Shown: positions 49,505 through 59,417 of the stretch, one piece after another
Numbering within the stretch: position 1 is the first letter of the stretch
How the letters are laid out: each line of letters begins with the position of its first letter
DNA from: Thermodesulfobacteriota bacterium
GTDB taxonomy: Bacteria; Desulfobacterota; BSN033; UBA1163
DNA: 64,000 nt
Direction of reading: 5' to 3'
NCBI GenBank assembly: GCA_049513055.1
Contig: JBEKWN010000001.1
Coordinates: forward strand, 25,120 to 89,119
Program-made: the position numbers and the translations under genes
Notes under the pieces: model-generated
Seen by the model: the letters and a program-made list of their open reading frames with translations, nothing else
Told to the model about the DNA's origin: nothing
The model's database searches: none

Positions 49505-49890
49505 TGGCCATTCGAAGGAGCGCAGGCATTCAATCTTATAAGATCTTAATCGCTGATGATGAATTTTTGATCCGGTGGTCCCTCACTCAGGCCCTATCTC
49601 AGGAGGGTTACGATGTCATTTCGGTTGAGGATGGAAGGAAGGCCGTCGAGGCCGCCCAAGCACAGCACTTTGACTTCATCATCACAGACCTGATCATGCC
49701 AGAATTGGATGGATGGAAAGTATTGGAAATGACCAGGCAGACTCAGTCTCCACCTCGGGTCATCATCATTACTGCCAGAGGAAGTGAGGATACCGGAGGG
49801 ATAGCTAAAACGAAAGGGGCCTGGGCTTATGTCGAGAAACCCTACATCATTGATAAAATCAAAGAGATTTTAAACTCCTCCACCTTTTAA
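49504..49890 (+). CDS. Single-domain response regulator (CheY-like receiver)
   Basis: ILIADDE...FIITDLIMPELDG motifs; start overlaps previous stop (ATAATGG). Confidence 0.8.
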   Translation: MAIRRSAGIQSYKILIADDEFLIRWSLTQALSQEGYDVISVEDGRKAVEAAQAQHFDFIITDLIMPELDGWKVLEMTRQTQSPPRVIIITARGSEDTGGIAKTKGAWAYVEKPYIIDKIKEILNSSTF

Positions 49891-50073
49891 CCATCTCCTC
49901 AAAATTTTCCTGTCGACGTCCACAGAAAACCTAAATCCTTACATGAGGGGTTGGAAATCATCTTCCATTTGATTAATCCGTCTGTTTAAGATAAAATTTT
50001 AAAGATAAAAGGAGAATCTTAGATGAAAAAAGAGACTGTTATCCTGATCGTTGTCATTGCATAAAAGACGGCC

Positions 50074-50574
50074 ATGGTCCAGAAACCCCAAATGGCTCCA
50101 CCAGGTGCCCCAGTACCGGCCTCTCCCGGTCGTGATTCTATTGAAGTTGCTTCTAAGATCCAAACTTTGAAGGAGATCGTCAAAAAAGACCCTAAAAACC
50201 TTCCGGCCTGGGTGGAATTAGGAAACCTTTATTTCGATACGGACCAACCCAAAGAGGCTATTGATGCTTACAGCCATTATCTTGCCGTCAAACCTGATAA
50301 CCCGGATGTCAGGACAGATATGGGGATCATGTATAGAAAATTAGGGCAATTTGATAAAGCCCTCGAAGAGTTCAGAAAGGCAGCCCAAAACGATCCAAAG
50401 CATGTCAACAGTCGATATAATATTGGCCTTGTCCTCCTTCATGACAAACAGGATATTAAGGACGCTATCAAGGCATGGGAAGAATATTTAAAAGTAGATC
50501 CTAATAGTGAAAGAGCCCAGCGAATAAGAGCCCAGATCGAGAAGATGAAAGCAATGCCTGCACCAACCAAATAA
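50074..50574 (+). CDS. TPR-repeat protein; an in-frame TAA (50062-50064) separates it from an upstream signal-anchor-like mini-ORF with strong RBS
   Basis: Three or more TPR units (AWVELGNLYFDTDQPKEAIDAY...); same frame as ATG 50023. Confidence 0.65.
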   Translation: MVQKPQMAPPGAPVPASPGRDSIEVASKIQTLKEIVKKDPKNLPAWVELGNLYFDTDQPKEAIDAYSHYLAVKPDNPDVRTDMGIMYRKLGQFDKALEEFRKAAQNDPKHVNSRYNIGLVLLHDKQDIKDAIKAWEEYLKVDPNSERAQRIRAQIEKMKAMPAPTK

Positions 50575-50610
50575 GCTGAATGCTCAAAGCTGAAAGCAAT
50601 AAAATAATAA

Positions 50611-50640
50611 CGCTATGCTCTATGCACTTTGCGCTCTGCG
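50611..50640. repeat. Repeat element copy 10
   Basis: cgctatgctctatgcactttgcgctctgcg downstream of TPR gene. Confidence 0.6.
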
Positions 50641-50652
50641 GTTATAGGGGCC

Positions 50653-50808
50653 ATGAAAGAAGAAAAAGAAGACGAACTCCAAGAAGCAAAAGAGTTGTTT
50701 AAGGAAGGTTTAAAAAAGATCTTCCAGGCTACTAAAAAGGTTTCTGAGAAGGTTATGGAAGGCTTTCGAGAAGGATATGCCAAAGATGTCACCAAAAAAG
50801 AAAAATAA
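50653..50808 (+). CDS. Possible small Lys/Glu-rich protein (51 aa)
   Basis: Uninterrupted short ORF MKEEKEDELQEAKELFKEGLKKIFQATKKV...; below ORF-track cutoff; weak. Confidence 0.2.
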   Translation: MKEEKEDELQEAKELFKEGLKKIFQATKKVSEKVMEGFREGYAKDVTKKEK

Positions 50809-50896
50809 TTATGAGTTCGCTTCGCTCACAGGCTTAGGTTAAGGTTCAGGTTAAGATTTTTTTATCAACCTTAACCTTAGTCTTAACCTTGTCCTT

Positions 50897-52354
50897 TCAG
50901 CCTTTCATCACTCCCACTTGAACATTTCTGAACCTTGCTGGCGCGGTCCCATGCCCCACATGAGCCACTTGCCCAGGCTCTCCCTTTCCACAATTTGGCG
51001 TTCCCCACATTTTCCAGTGATCTTGATTTCCAATGGCATCACAAGAATTCCAAAACTTTGGAGTAATCCCTGTATAAGTGGGATTCTTGACCATCTCACC
51101 AAGTTTGCCACCTTTAATCTCCCAGCCAATCTCAGTTCCAAATTGGAAATTGATCCTCTTGTCATCGATCGACCAACTTCGGTTGGTCGTTAAGAAAAGC
51201 CCTTCCTCCGTATCAGCGATCATTTGTTCTAATGTCCACTCCCCGGGTTCCAGATTGATGTTGGTCATCCGGATCAGGGGAATTCGATTCCAGCCATCTG
51301 CTCTCATCGTCCCATTGCTTTCTTTCCCCAGATGGTGGGCCGTCTCCCTCGATGTTAAAAGGTTGACCAAGATCCCGTGAGAGATAATGGGGACTCTTTG
51401 AGCTTTCATCCCTTCATCATCATAACCGAAAGTTCCCAATCCACCGGGATAGGTAGCATCGGCAACGATATTCACCAATTCTGAACCATATTTAAAATGA
51501 CCCACCATCTCCGGTTTCAAGAAACTGGTGCCGGCATAACTGGCCTCGGTCCCGAGAATTCGATCGAGTTCAATGGGATGGCCAATGGATTCATGAATCT
51601 GAAGGGCCAACTGTGAACTATCCAATATCAGTGTAGCGGTTTTTGAAGGACAGGGTTTTGCCGTAAGGAGTTGCCAAGCTTCCTCAGCCACCCTCTCTGC
51701 CTGATCCTGAAGGGCTAATTTTTCAATCCACTCATAACCCTGAGTGGCAAAATTCCCCCGAAAAGAGTTGGGATAGGATCGGACCTGGACCTCGCTTCCC
51801 TCAATGGCTGTGGCTGAAATGCCTGTCCCGCACTCCACAATCTCCTGCTCGATATAAGAACCTTCAGTGGAAGCAAATGTCTTCTCTGTTTTATAAGAAC
51901 CCAAAAAGGCTTCTGAAATCCTCACCTTCTTATTTCTACGTATGATCTCATCGGCTTTAAGGAGAAGATTAAGTTTTGTTTCAGGAGCCACATCAAATGG
52001 ATCAATAGCAATTGTGGTTTTATATCTATCTACTACAGGAGAAATGGATTGGAAAACGATCTCTTTCCCTCTGACCTTTGAACTGGCTTTGGCAATTTTT
52101 AATGCCTTGCCAAAAACTGTCTCCATCTCCCTCTTAGTCACTTTTGAGCTGCAGGCAAATCCCCAGGCACCTTGGAAAAGGACTCTGATCCCGAAGCCGA
52201 AATCCTCATCATGGATCAAAGCCTCCACTTTCCCATTCTTCACCTCGATCTCTTCATCCTGGCGGTGAACGTTTCGAATATCGGCGTACTCCACACCTTT
52301 CAATTTTGCGAGATCGAGAATATTTTGGATAAGATCCTTCATCGCTATCTCCAT
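50897..52354 (-). CDS. tldD: TldD-family metalloprotease
   Basis: HESIGHPIE (HExxxH) motif, ~485 aa, paired with PmbA/TldE-like gene. Confidence 0.85.
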   Translation of the reverse strand: MEIAMKDLIQNILDLAKLKGVEYADIRNVHRQDEEIEVKNGKVEALIHDEDFGFGIRVLFQGAWGFACSSKVTKREMETVFGKALKIAKASSKVRGKEIVFQSISPVVDRYKTTIAIDPFDVAPETKLNLLLKADEIIRRNKKVRISEAFLGSYKTEKTFASTEGSYIEQEIVECGTGISATAIEGSEVQVRSYPNSFRGNFATQGYEWIEKLALQDQAERVAEEAWQLLTAKPCPSKTATLILDSSQLALQIHESIGHPIELDRILGTEASYAGTSFLKPEMVGHFKYGSELVNIVADATYPGGLGTFGYDDEGMKAQRVPIISHGILVNLLTSRETAHHLGKESNGTMRADGWNRIPLIRMTNINLEPGEWTLEQMIADTEEGLFLTTNRSWSIDDKRINFQFGTEIGWEIKGGKLGEMVKNPTYTGITPKFWNSCDAIGNQDHWKMWGTPNCGKGEPGQVAHVGHGTAPARFRNVQVGVMKG

Positions 52355-52450
52355 ATCAAAATGAAACTCGTAGGGGCGGCTCTCTGCGGCCGCCTGCTTC
52401 GGGAGCCCACAGAGGGGCTCCCCTACACTCTTTATGTGGAAACAAGCTTT

Positions 52451-53806
52451 CTACAGCGACGAGACTCCTGAGAAATTGAATCCATCTATTTTGACAGCAG
52501 GAACGACGGTACCTGTGATAAAACGCCTTGAGTAGACCGTTCCTTCAGAGCAAATTCTTCGATTCTTGGATATGGCGGTCACTTGAGAAAGAGCCCTTAG
52601 AATAGATTCTGTAAACCTAAGATTCTTGATCGGCCTTTTGATCTCCCCTCCTTCAATCAAAAAAGTCCCATCCCGGGTCATCCCAGTGATGACGGCTTTC
52701 ATCGGTTCCACTACATTGGTATAATGGAATCGGGTCACATAAATTCCTTTTCGAACAGACTTGACCATCTCCTCCAGGGAGGATTCCCCTTCCTTCATAA
52801 AAAGGTTGATGGGAATGGGACCTGCCGTATTGGGTGCGATCAAGGCATGCCCGGTGGAGTTCTTCCCTTCTCGTCCGGCTGTGAAGGAGTCATAAGTGAC
52901 CTCTTTTGCCACCCCTCTGTCAAAAAAGGTGACCCATTTCTTCGGAATGCCTTCGAAGTCGAAAGGAACTTTCAATCCTTCTGGGTCAAGACCGTCATCG
53001 TAAATTGTCACCTTTTCATTCACCATTTTTTCCCCAAACCGATTAGAGAAAAAACTTCGTCCTTCTTGTACAGCCAGGGCATGAAAACCCAAATAGCCCA
53101 GAAAGGACAAGAGTTCACTCACTGCATAAGGTTCTAAAATAACCTCATACTCTCCTGGTTCAATCTGAATCGGTTCTTCCCCGGATGTCTTTCTGATCGC
53201 CTCTTGGGTTAAAGAATCAACATCTAATTGATCAGGGTCCCTTGCGACGAAACTCGCATAACCCGAACTCTTCTCATTTTCTACAATCAGATGGAGAAAC
53301 AGATCAGAAAATTTCTGATAAGCTTCCACTCCGAGTGAATTGACCACTGCTAATTCCACCTCTCCATTCGAAAAGGCGCCAGAGACTTTGAGTTCTCTTC
53401 CCCTTACAGAGGTTAAGATGCCTTTGATCATCTTCGCCTTCCGAATTGGGGTGAGGCGGCTAATATTTTCAGAAAAGGTCTCGATCTCGGGAATGGGTTT
53501 CGGCCCTGGCAAAGAAATAAATTCATCGTTTGGTTGTTGAACCCTGGCAAGAGAAATTGCTTTCCGAAGAGATCTTTTTACTGAAGACGGCAGAAAAATA
53601 TTGGTGGTGACCACCGCAATCTTTCTCCCCAAAACCACTCGGAGGATGAGCGTCTGGTTTCTCTCGGCCACATGTTGGTGAATGGCAGAGTCGGCAAAAC
53701 GGGTGAGGGAAGAATCTTCTGTCAAGAGGATTGCTTCTGTCTGATCCGCAGGGGACTCTTGAACCACGTTTTTTAATAAACGGAGGGCAGATTCCTTTTC
53801 GATCAT
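52451..53806 (-). CDS. TldE/PmbA-family protein (partner of TldD)
   Basis: ~450 aa TldD/PmbA fold without HExxxH; adjacent to tldD. Confidence 0.75.
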   Translation of the reverse strand: MIEKESALRLLKNVVQESPADQTEAILLTEDSSLTRFADSAIHQHVAERNQTLILRVVLGRKIAVVTTNIFLPSSVKRSLRKAISLARVQQPNDEFISLPGPKPIPEIETFSENISRLTPIRKAKMIKGILTSVRGRELKVSGAFSNGEVELAVVNSLGVEAYQKFSDLFLHLIVENEKSSGYASFVARDPDQLDVDSLTQEAIRKTSGEEPIQIEPGEYEVILEPYAVSELLSFLGYLGFHALAVQEGRSFFSNRFGEKMVNEKVTIYDDGLDPEGLKVPFDFEGIPKKWVTFFDRGVAKEVTYDSFTAGREGKNSTGHALIAPNTAGPIPINLFMKEGESSLEEMVKSVRKGIYVTRFHYTNVVEPMKAVITGMTRDGTFLIEGGEIKRPIKNLRFTESILRALSQVTAISKNRRICSEGTVYSRRFITGTVVPAVKIDGFNFSGVSSL

Positions 53807-53810
53807 CTGA

Positions 53811-54200
53811 TCACCCCTCTCTCCTCTTCCGATAATCTAAAACAGCCGCATGGATGGCTTTCTCTGCCAGGATGGAGCAATGGACCTTGGTCGGTGGAAG
53901 TCCACCGAGGGCTTCGGCGATCACCTGATCTGAAATCATAAGAACCTCTTCAATCGTTTTTCCTTTGATCATCTCTGTAGTGATGCTCGAAGAAGCGATG
54001 GCAGCCCCACACCCAAAGGTCAGAAACGTCGCATCGATGATCCGATCCGTATCCACTTTGATAAAGAGCCGCATGGTATCACCACAGGCAGGATTCTGAG
54101 CTTCTCCGACTCCATCGGGGTTCTCCATCTCGCCCATATTCCTCGGATGCCTCAAATGGTCAATCACAACCTTGCCATAAGAACCTATTTCTTCGCCCAT
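53811..54200 (-). CDS. IscU/NifU-N-like Fe-S cluster scaffold protein
   Basis: YGKVVIDHLRHPRNMGEMENPDGVGEAQNPACGDTMRLFIKV matches IscU N-terminal signature; start taken at internal Met (upstream ORF extension overlaps next gene). Confidence 0.7.
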   Translation of the reverse strand: MGEEIGSYGKVVIDHLRHPRNMGEMENPDGVGEAQNPACGDTMRLFIKVDTDRIIDATFLTFGCGAAIASSSITTEMIKGKTIEEVLMISDQVIAEALGGLPPTKVHCSILAEKAIHAAVLDYRKRREG

Positions 54201-54202
54201 CC

Positions 54203-55387
54203 TTAACCACCTAAAACCTTCCGGGCAAATTCTTTTCCCAATTGAATCGCACTTTTCAATTCTTCGGGATCTGGAACAAATTGAACAGGAAGTTCCTTTT
54301 CCCAAATCTCGAATTTCTCCTGCTCGAGAGCCTTTCTCATCTCCTTGATCGCTCCTCCACCCCATCCATGCGATCCAAAGAGGCCGAAGATTTTCCCTTT
54401 CGGTTTCAGTCCCTTCATATAGGTTAGAAAATCTCCCATCGTGGGAAACATCCCGTTATTCAAAGTGGGGGATCCCAAAAGGATACCCTTTGCTTCCAAC
54501 ATCTCATCGATGATGTCGCTCCGATGATTGGATCGAAGATGAAGAAGCCTTGCCTCGGCTCCCTCCTCAATCAAGCCTTTGAGGATAGCCTTGGCAATGC
54601 TCTCCGTACTTCCCCACATCGTATCATAGATGACGAGTATTTTATTCCCGACCTTCCCCTGACTCCAATCCACATAGGCCTGAATGATTCGGCTGGGATC
54701 CTTTCTCCAGATAAGACCATGGCTGGGTGCAATCATACCGATGGGGATTCCCATCTTTACCACTTCGTCGACTTTTTTCAAAATGAGTGGCGCCAGAGGC
54801 CAGAGGATATTGGCATAATATTTTGCAGCGTGTTTCATTATCACATCCCCTACCTCATCTTCAAATCTTTGAGAAGAGGCAATATGCTGGCCAAAAGCAT
54901 CATTCGGCAAAAGAAGCTGATCTTCTTTGATATAGGTGAACATGCTATCCGGCCAGTGAAGCATTGGAGCCTCCACAAAGGTGAGGGTCCGATGACCGAT
55001 GGAAAATGTTTCTCCACTCTTCACGATCTTAAATTTCAGCGATTTCTTATAATGTTTTGTCAGACCCTTCTGGCCCCTCTCAGAGGTGATCACAATAGGG
55101 TTTCCAATCCGTTCGACAATCTGAGTGAGCGAACCGGAGTGGTCCATCTCCACGTGGTTCGAAACAACCACATCAATTTTTGACGGATCGATGATCTCTG
55201 ATATGCGTCCTAACATCTCGAGATAGAACGGAGCCTTTACCGTATCCACAAGAACATTTTTCTCATCCAATATCAAATAGGCATTATAAGTTGTCCCATA
55301 AGGAGTGGAATAGCCGTGGAAGTCTCTTATATTCCAATCAATCGCTCCAACCCAATAAATACCTTTTTTCAACTCCACCTTCTCCAT
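54203..55387 (-). CDS. Flavodiiron protein (rubredoxin:oxygen/NO oxidoreductase type; metallo-beta-lactamase + flavodoxin domains)
   Basis: HVEMDHSG di-iron site motif in beta-lactamase-like domain, C-terminal flavodoxin-like domain, ~394 aa. Confidence 0.85.
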   Translation of the reverse strand: MEKVELKKGIYWVGAIDWNIRDFHGYSTPYGTTYNAYLILDEKNVLVDTVKAPFYLEMLGRISEIIDPSKIDVVVSNHVEMDHSGSLTQIVERIGNPIVITSERGQKGLTKHYKKSLKFKIVKSGETFSIGHRTLTFVEAPMLHWPDSMFTYIKEDQLLLPNDAFGQHIASSQRFEDEVGDVIMKHAAKYYANILWPLAPLILKKVDEVVKMGIPIGMIAPSHGLIWRKDPSRIIQAYVDWSQGKVGNKILVIYDTMWGSTESIAKAILKGLIEEGAEARLLHLRSNHRSDIIDEMLEAKGILLGSPTLNNGMFPTMGDFLTYMKGLKPKGKIFGLFGSHGWGGGAIKEMRKALEQEKFEIWEKELPVQFVPDPEELKSAIQLGKEFARKVLGG

Positions 55388-55690
55388 CTGAACCCTCCAT
55401 TTTCTCTAAAAGTTTTATATCTCTAATAAATAATGAATTTTCAGACAAAAATCAATGAAGATCAGCTTTTAAACCAAAAATGAAGGCCATTCAAACCAGA
55501 AGGTTTGGGGGGCCTTTTAAGAAGTAATCCTTATAGAGGGGGTATTATTTTTTTAGCATGAATTCAAAGATAACATTTTCTTTTTATTTCAATAAATTAT
55601 GGACTGTATTTTTTATGACCCTATTGTATTAAATCCACACTAAAATTATAGTCCGGAGTTCGTAGTGAAAAATTAAAACTAAAATTTCCT

Positions 55691-55729
55691 TCACCCCACC
55701 CTCTCCCCCAAGGGGAGAGGGTGGGGTGA
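55691..55729 (-). terminator. Rho-independent terminator: 18-bp perfect stem (TCACCCCACCCTCTCCCC / GGGGAGAGGGTGGGGTGA), 3-nt loop, T-rich tail on minus strand
   Basis: Inverted repeat read directly, 15 bp downstream of stop of 55744-56484(-). Confidence 0.6.
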
Positions 55730-55743
55730 AAAGGCGAACTTTT

Positions 55744-56484
55744 CTATCTCGGCCGCCCCACTGCTCCAAGATAGACAGAAATTTCGTTCCTTCCATCCAC
55801 ACCAATTACACGGTCTACCTCTTCATCAAAGAAGGCACCCACCGTGCAGCAACCAAGGTTCAATGCTGTAGCAGCTAAATATAAAGTCTGACCGATATGT
55901 CCCACATCCATGTAGATGTAACGATAAGCTCTCTCCCGATATTTCCACTTCGATCGTTCAACAATGGCCGTCCAGACAAAAACGCACGAAGCCTCTTCGA
56001 GCATCTCCTGACCCAATCCAGCTTGACAAAGCTCAGGACCCAAATGACCTTCCTTCAAAAGAATGAGTTGGGCCCCTTTCACATTGTAATGATAGAGTCC
56101 TGGTGGAATTTCTTCAACTCGGTTCACCACAAGATAAGTCTCAATCGGGTAAAGGGCACCGGCAGAGGGCGAAGCCCTGAATTCAAATCCCAATGCCCTC
56201 AAAGTGATCCCTTGGGTAGCCCAGATCAATTGGGAAAGTTCAGGGAAGGTAATAGACTGGTTAGAAAATTCCCTGATGGATCGCCTTTGAGCGATCGTCT
56301 CCCAAAGGGATTTTCCACCCTTTTGTTCAAGAGGACGAATGGGAAAATGTTTTAATGCATAAGCAAATTCTTTATAGGGAGAAGGTTGATGTGCCCAATC
56401 GAGCCCACCTTGCGGCATTGCCTCTCTTCGATATTTCGTCTCTTGATGATACAGGTCACCGATCCCTTCTCTTCTTCGATCCAT
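55744..56484 (-). CDS. SagB/ThcOx-type dehydrogenase (nitroreductase superfamily)
   Basis: ~246 aa; Tyr/Gly-rich nitroreductase-fold segments (SAGALYPIETYLV, VGHIGQTLYLAATALNLGCCTVGAF). Confidence 0.65.
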   Translation of the reverse strand: MDRRREGIGDLYHQETKYRREAMPQGGLDWAHQPSPYKEFAYALKHFPIRPLEQKGGKSLWETIAQRRSIREFSNQSITFPELSQLIWATQGITLRALGFEFRASPSAGALYPIETYLVVNRVEEIPPGLYHYNVKGAQLILLKEGHLGPELCQAGLGQEMLEEASCVFVWTAIVERSKWKYRERAYRYIYMDVGHIGQTLYLAATALNLGCCTVGAFFDEEVDRVIGVDGRNEISVYLGAVGRPR

Positions 56485-56647
56485 GGAGCACCTCCTTAAA
56501 ATCTAATTAATAAAAATCGGCTTAAAAAGCAATGAATATCTATGTGTCAAAAAAAAGGCCTGAAAATCATCATCAAAAGCTTTACAAATAACCAACGACG
56601 CACTAACATAGTAGAAAAGTTTTATTGGATGGGGGGAATAGGTATCC

Positions 56648-57754
56648 GTGGAAGAGAACGAAGGCAAACCAAACAACTGGAGAAAAAAGATCGTTGCTTT
56701 TATAATATTTCCCCTCCTGATTGTTATTGGAGCGGTGGTGCTCTTTTTTTATAGAGAATATAAAGCAACCCACATCTCAACCGATGATGCTTTTGTCGAT
56801 GGGAGAATCCACGTCATTGCTTCGAAGATCCCGGGAACCGTTAAAGTTCTTTATGTCAACGACAATCAGTCCGTAAAGAAAAACGATTCTATTCTTGAGA
56901 TCGATCCGGCGGATTATGATGTCCGAGTTAAGGATACCCAGGCTGGGCTTGAGACCGAGAAGGAAAGACTATCTGAAATCCGGAACAGAGTGGAAACCGT
57001 TAAAAAGCAACTGACTGAGATCATGGCTTCACTAGAAGCGGCCCGGGCTAACCTCGAACTCCAGAAGGCCAATCTCGACTTGGCAAAAGTAGACTATCAA
57101 AGGGCTGAATCCCTTTTTAAAAAAGAGGTGATTCCAAAACAACAATATGACAGCGCAAAAACCAGGTATGAGGTGGCTGTTGCTCAGGTGAAGGCCACAC
57201 AGGATCAGGTCAAACAAGTTGAGGCATCTCTTGAAACGCAGAAGTCACTGATCAAACAGACAGAATCAGGTCTACCTACGCAGGAGGCCCAGGTTCGGCA
57301 GAGAGAGGCTGTCTTGAAAGGGGCAGAACTGAATCTGAGTTATACAAAGATTTATTCACCGACGGACGGTTACATCACAAAGCGAACGGTGGAGATTGGG
57401 AATCAGATTCAAGCCGGCCAGCCCCTCATGGCCGTTGTTCCTCTTTCTCAGAAAGATATCTGGATCACTGCTAACTATAAAGAGACTCAACTGGAGAGGG
57501 TAAAACCTGGACAGAAGGTAGAAATAAAGGTGGACACCTTTCCGGGAAAGAAATTCTACGGAAGAGTGGAGAGCCTCATGTCAGGTACAGGTGCTGTTTT
57601 CTCCCTCTTACCACCCGAGAATGCAACAGGAAACTATGTCAAGATAGTCCAGCGAATACCCATCAAAATTATTCTTGATCAAGGCACAGATCCTTCCCAT
57701 AACTTAAGGATCGGGATGTCTGTGGTTCCCACGGTTTTGGTTAATTCCAAATGA
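56648..57754 (+). CDS. HlyD-family membrane fusion protein (EmrA-like)
   Basis: N-terminal TM anchor, long coiled-coil, C-terminal beta-barrel domain; GTG start. Confidence 0.85.
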   Translation: MEENEGKPNNWRKKIVAFIIFPLLIVIGAVVLFFYREYKATHISTDDAFVDGRIHVIASKIPGTVKVLYVNDNQSVKKNDSILEIDPADYDVRVKDTQAGLETEKERLSEIRNRVETVKKQLTEIMASLEAARANLELQKANLDLAKVDYQRAESLFKKEVIPKQQYDSAKTRYEVAVAQVKATQDQVKQVEASLETQKSLIKQTESGLPTQEAQVRQREAVLKGAELNLSYTKIYSPTDGYITKRTVEIGNQIQAGQPLMAVVPLSQKDIWITANYKETQLERVKPGQKVEIKVDTFPGKKFYGRVESLMSGTGAVFSLLPPENATGNYVKIVQRIPIKIILDQGTDPSHNLRIGMSVVPTVLVNSK

Positions 57755-57761
57755 GACGTAA

Positions 57762-59417
57762 GTGGGTATGAACAGGTGGATTGTTGCCATCACAGTCATG
57801 CTTCCTACCCTCATCGAGATCGTGGACACATCGGTCGTCAACGTCTCTCTCGATCATATCCGCGGAAGCCTCTCCGCAGGGATTGATGAATCCACCTGGA
57901 CGATTACCTCTTATCTTGTATCCAACGCCATTATCATCCCTATCACCGGATGGCTGAGCAGGCTCTTTGGAAGAAAACATTATCTCATCTTCTCTATCTC
58001 CCTTTTTACATTCAGTTCCTTTATGTGCGGCTCTTCATGGAATCTCCAGAGCCTTGTATTTTTCAGAGTCCTCCAAGGTTTGGGGGGCGGCGCCCTTCAG
58101 CCCATCTCTCAGGCCATTCTTCTGGAAACATTTCCCCCCCATCAGCATGGGATGGCCATGGCGATCTTCGGCGTCGGCATCATGTTCGGACCCATTATTG
58201 GCCCGCTACTTGGAGGATGGGTTACAGACAACTGGTCCTGGAACTGGATATTCTACATCAACGTCCCCATAGGAATCATCTCAATCCTGATGACCCTGTT
58301 TTTTATCATCGACCCCCCTTACATGCAGCGAATAAAAATGAAGATTGATTACTGGGGGCTTTTATTTTTAGTGATTGGCCTGGGATGTCTTCAGATCGTC
58401 CTTGACAAAGGAGAGAGGGAAGACTGGTTTTCATCCGGCTTCATCACCTGGATGAGCTATATCTCTATCTCCTCTTTGATCATGTTTATCCTGGTAGAGT
58501 TTTTTGCAGAGAATCCTATCGTTAATCTGCGGACTTTTAAAAACCTTTCATTCAGCACAGGAAATATCATCATGTTTTTCGTTTTCTTCAACCTCTTTGG
58601 GAGCATTGTACTGTTGCCCATTTTCCTCCAGACGTTAATGGGATATACGTCCTTCCTGGCAGGCCTGGCGCTCGGCCCCGGTGGCATTGCCACAATGATC
58701 GCCATGCCCATAGCAGGGAAACTTATAACAAAGATCAATCCAAAGGTGATCCTTGCCTTTGGCATTGCTGTGGCTGGTTATTCAGTCCATATGATGGGAC
58801 AGTTTAATCTTAATGTTGATTTCAATACCGTCTTTTGGCCAAGAGTCGTACTGGGTGTGGGTATGGGTTTTCTCTTTATCCCCCTTACAACGATGACTAT
58901 GTCAAGCATAAGAAAGGAAGAGATGGGAAATGCAACGGGGATATTCAACCTTTTGAGAAACCTTGGAGGTAGCTTTGGCGTTGCCTTTATTACAACCATG
59001 CTTGCCAGAAGGGCTCAGTTTCATCAGGTCCACCTCGTAGAACATCTCACCCCTTTCGATAGAAACTTCCAGATTGCTCTTCCCAATATCTCTCAGATAT
59101 TGCAGGGCAGATGGTTTATCCCTTCCCTTTCTGACCAGGGAAGCTTAGGTGTGATCTATGGTGAGGTGATAAGGCAGGCATCCATGTTGTCATTCAATGA
59201 TGCGAAGCACACGGTCCTGGTCCAGGAATGCATTAATCAGAAAACAACTACAAAAATAACATACTCAAAGAAAAGGAGTGGTGACGGAAACAGTGCGTTT
59301 ACCAAGAGGGCAGGCCATTTGGCCTGCCCTCTTTTATTGTGGGTGCTCATTCCTTTTCCTCTTTTGATAAATAGTCACAAAGGAGCCAAAATTTGGCACA
59401 AAATTGCAATTCATTGA
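57762..59417 (+). CDS. MFS transporter, DHA2 family (EmrB/QacA-like, 14 TMS)
   Basis: Characteristic N-terminus MGMNRWIVAITVMLPTLIEIVDTSVVNVSL and 14 hydrophobic segments. Confidence 0.85.
   Translation: MGMNRWIVAITVMLPTLIEIVDTSVVNVSLDHIRGSLSAGIDESTWTITSYLVSNAIIIPITGWLSRLFGRKHYLIFSISLFTFSSFMCGSSWNLQSLVFFRVLQGLGGGALQPISQAILLETFPPHQHGMAMAIFGVGIMFGPIIGPLLGGWVTDNWSWNWIFYINVPIGIISILMTLFFIIDPPYMQRIKMKIDYWGLLFLVIGLGCLQIVLDKGEREDWFSSGFITWMSYISISSLIMFILVEFFAENPIVNLRTFKNLSFSTGNIIMFFVFFNLFGSIVLLPIFLQTLMGYTSFLAGLALGPGGIATMIAMPIAGKLITKINPKVILAFGIAVAGYSVHMMGQFNLNVDFNTVFWPRVVLGVGMGFLFIPLTTMTMSSIRKEEMGNATGIFNLLRNLGGSFGVAFITTMLARRAQFHQVHLVEHLTPFDRNFQIALPNISQILQGRWFIPSLSDQGSLGVIYGEVIRQASMLSFNDAKHTVLVQECINQKTTTKITYSKKRSGDGNSAFTKRAGHLACPLLLWVLIPFPLLINSHKGAKIWHKIAIH

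Noticed and set aside
53811-54365. Full 184-aa ORF-track call for the IscU-like gene
   Set aside because: The N-terminal 55 codons overlap the flavodiiron gene and have no homology; start reassigned to internal Met at 54200.
55744-59417. Complete TOMM/RiPP biosynthetic cluster
   Set aside because: No YcaO cyclodehydratase, docking protein or precursor peptide was identified; only the dehydrogenase and exporter are present.
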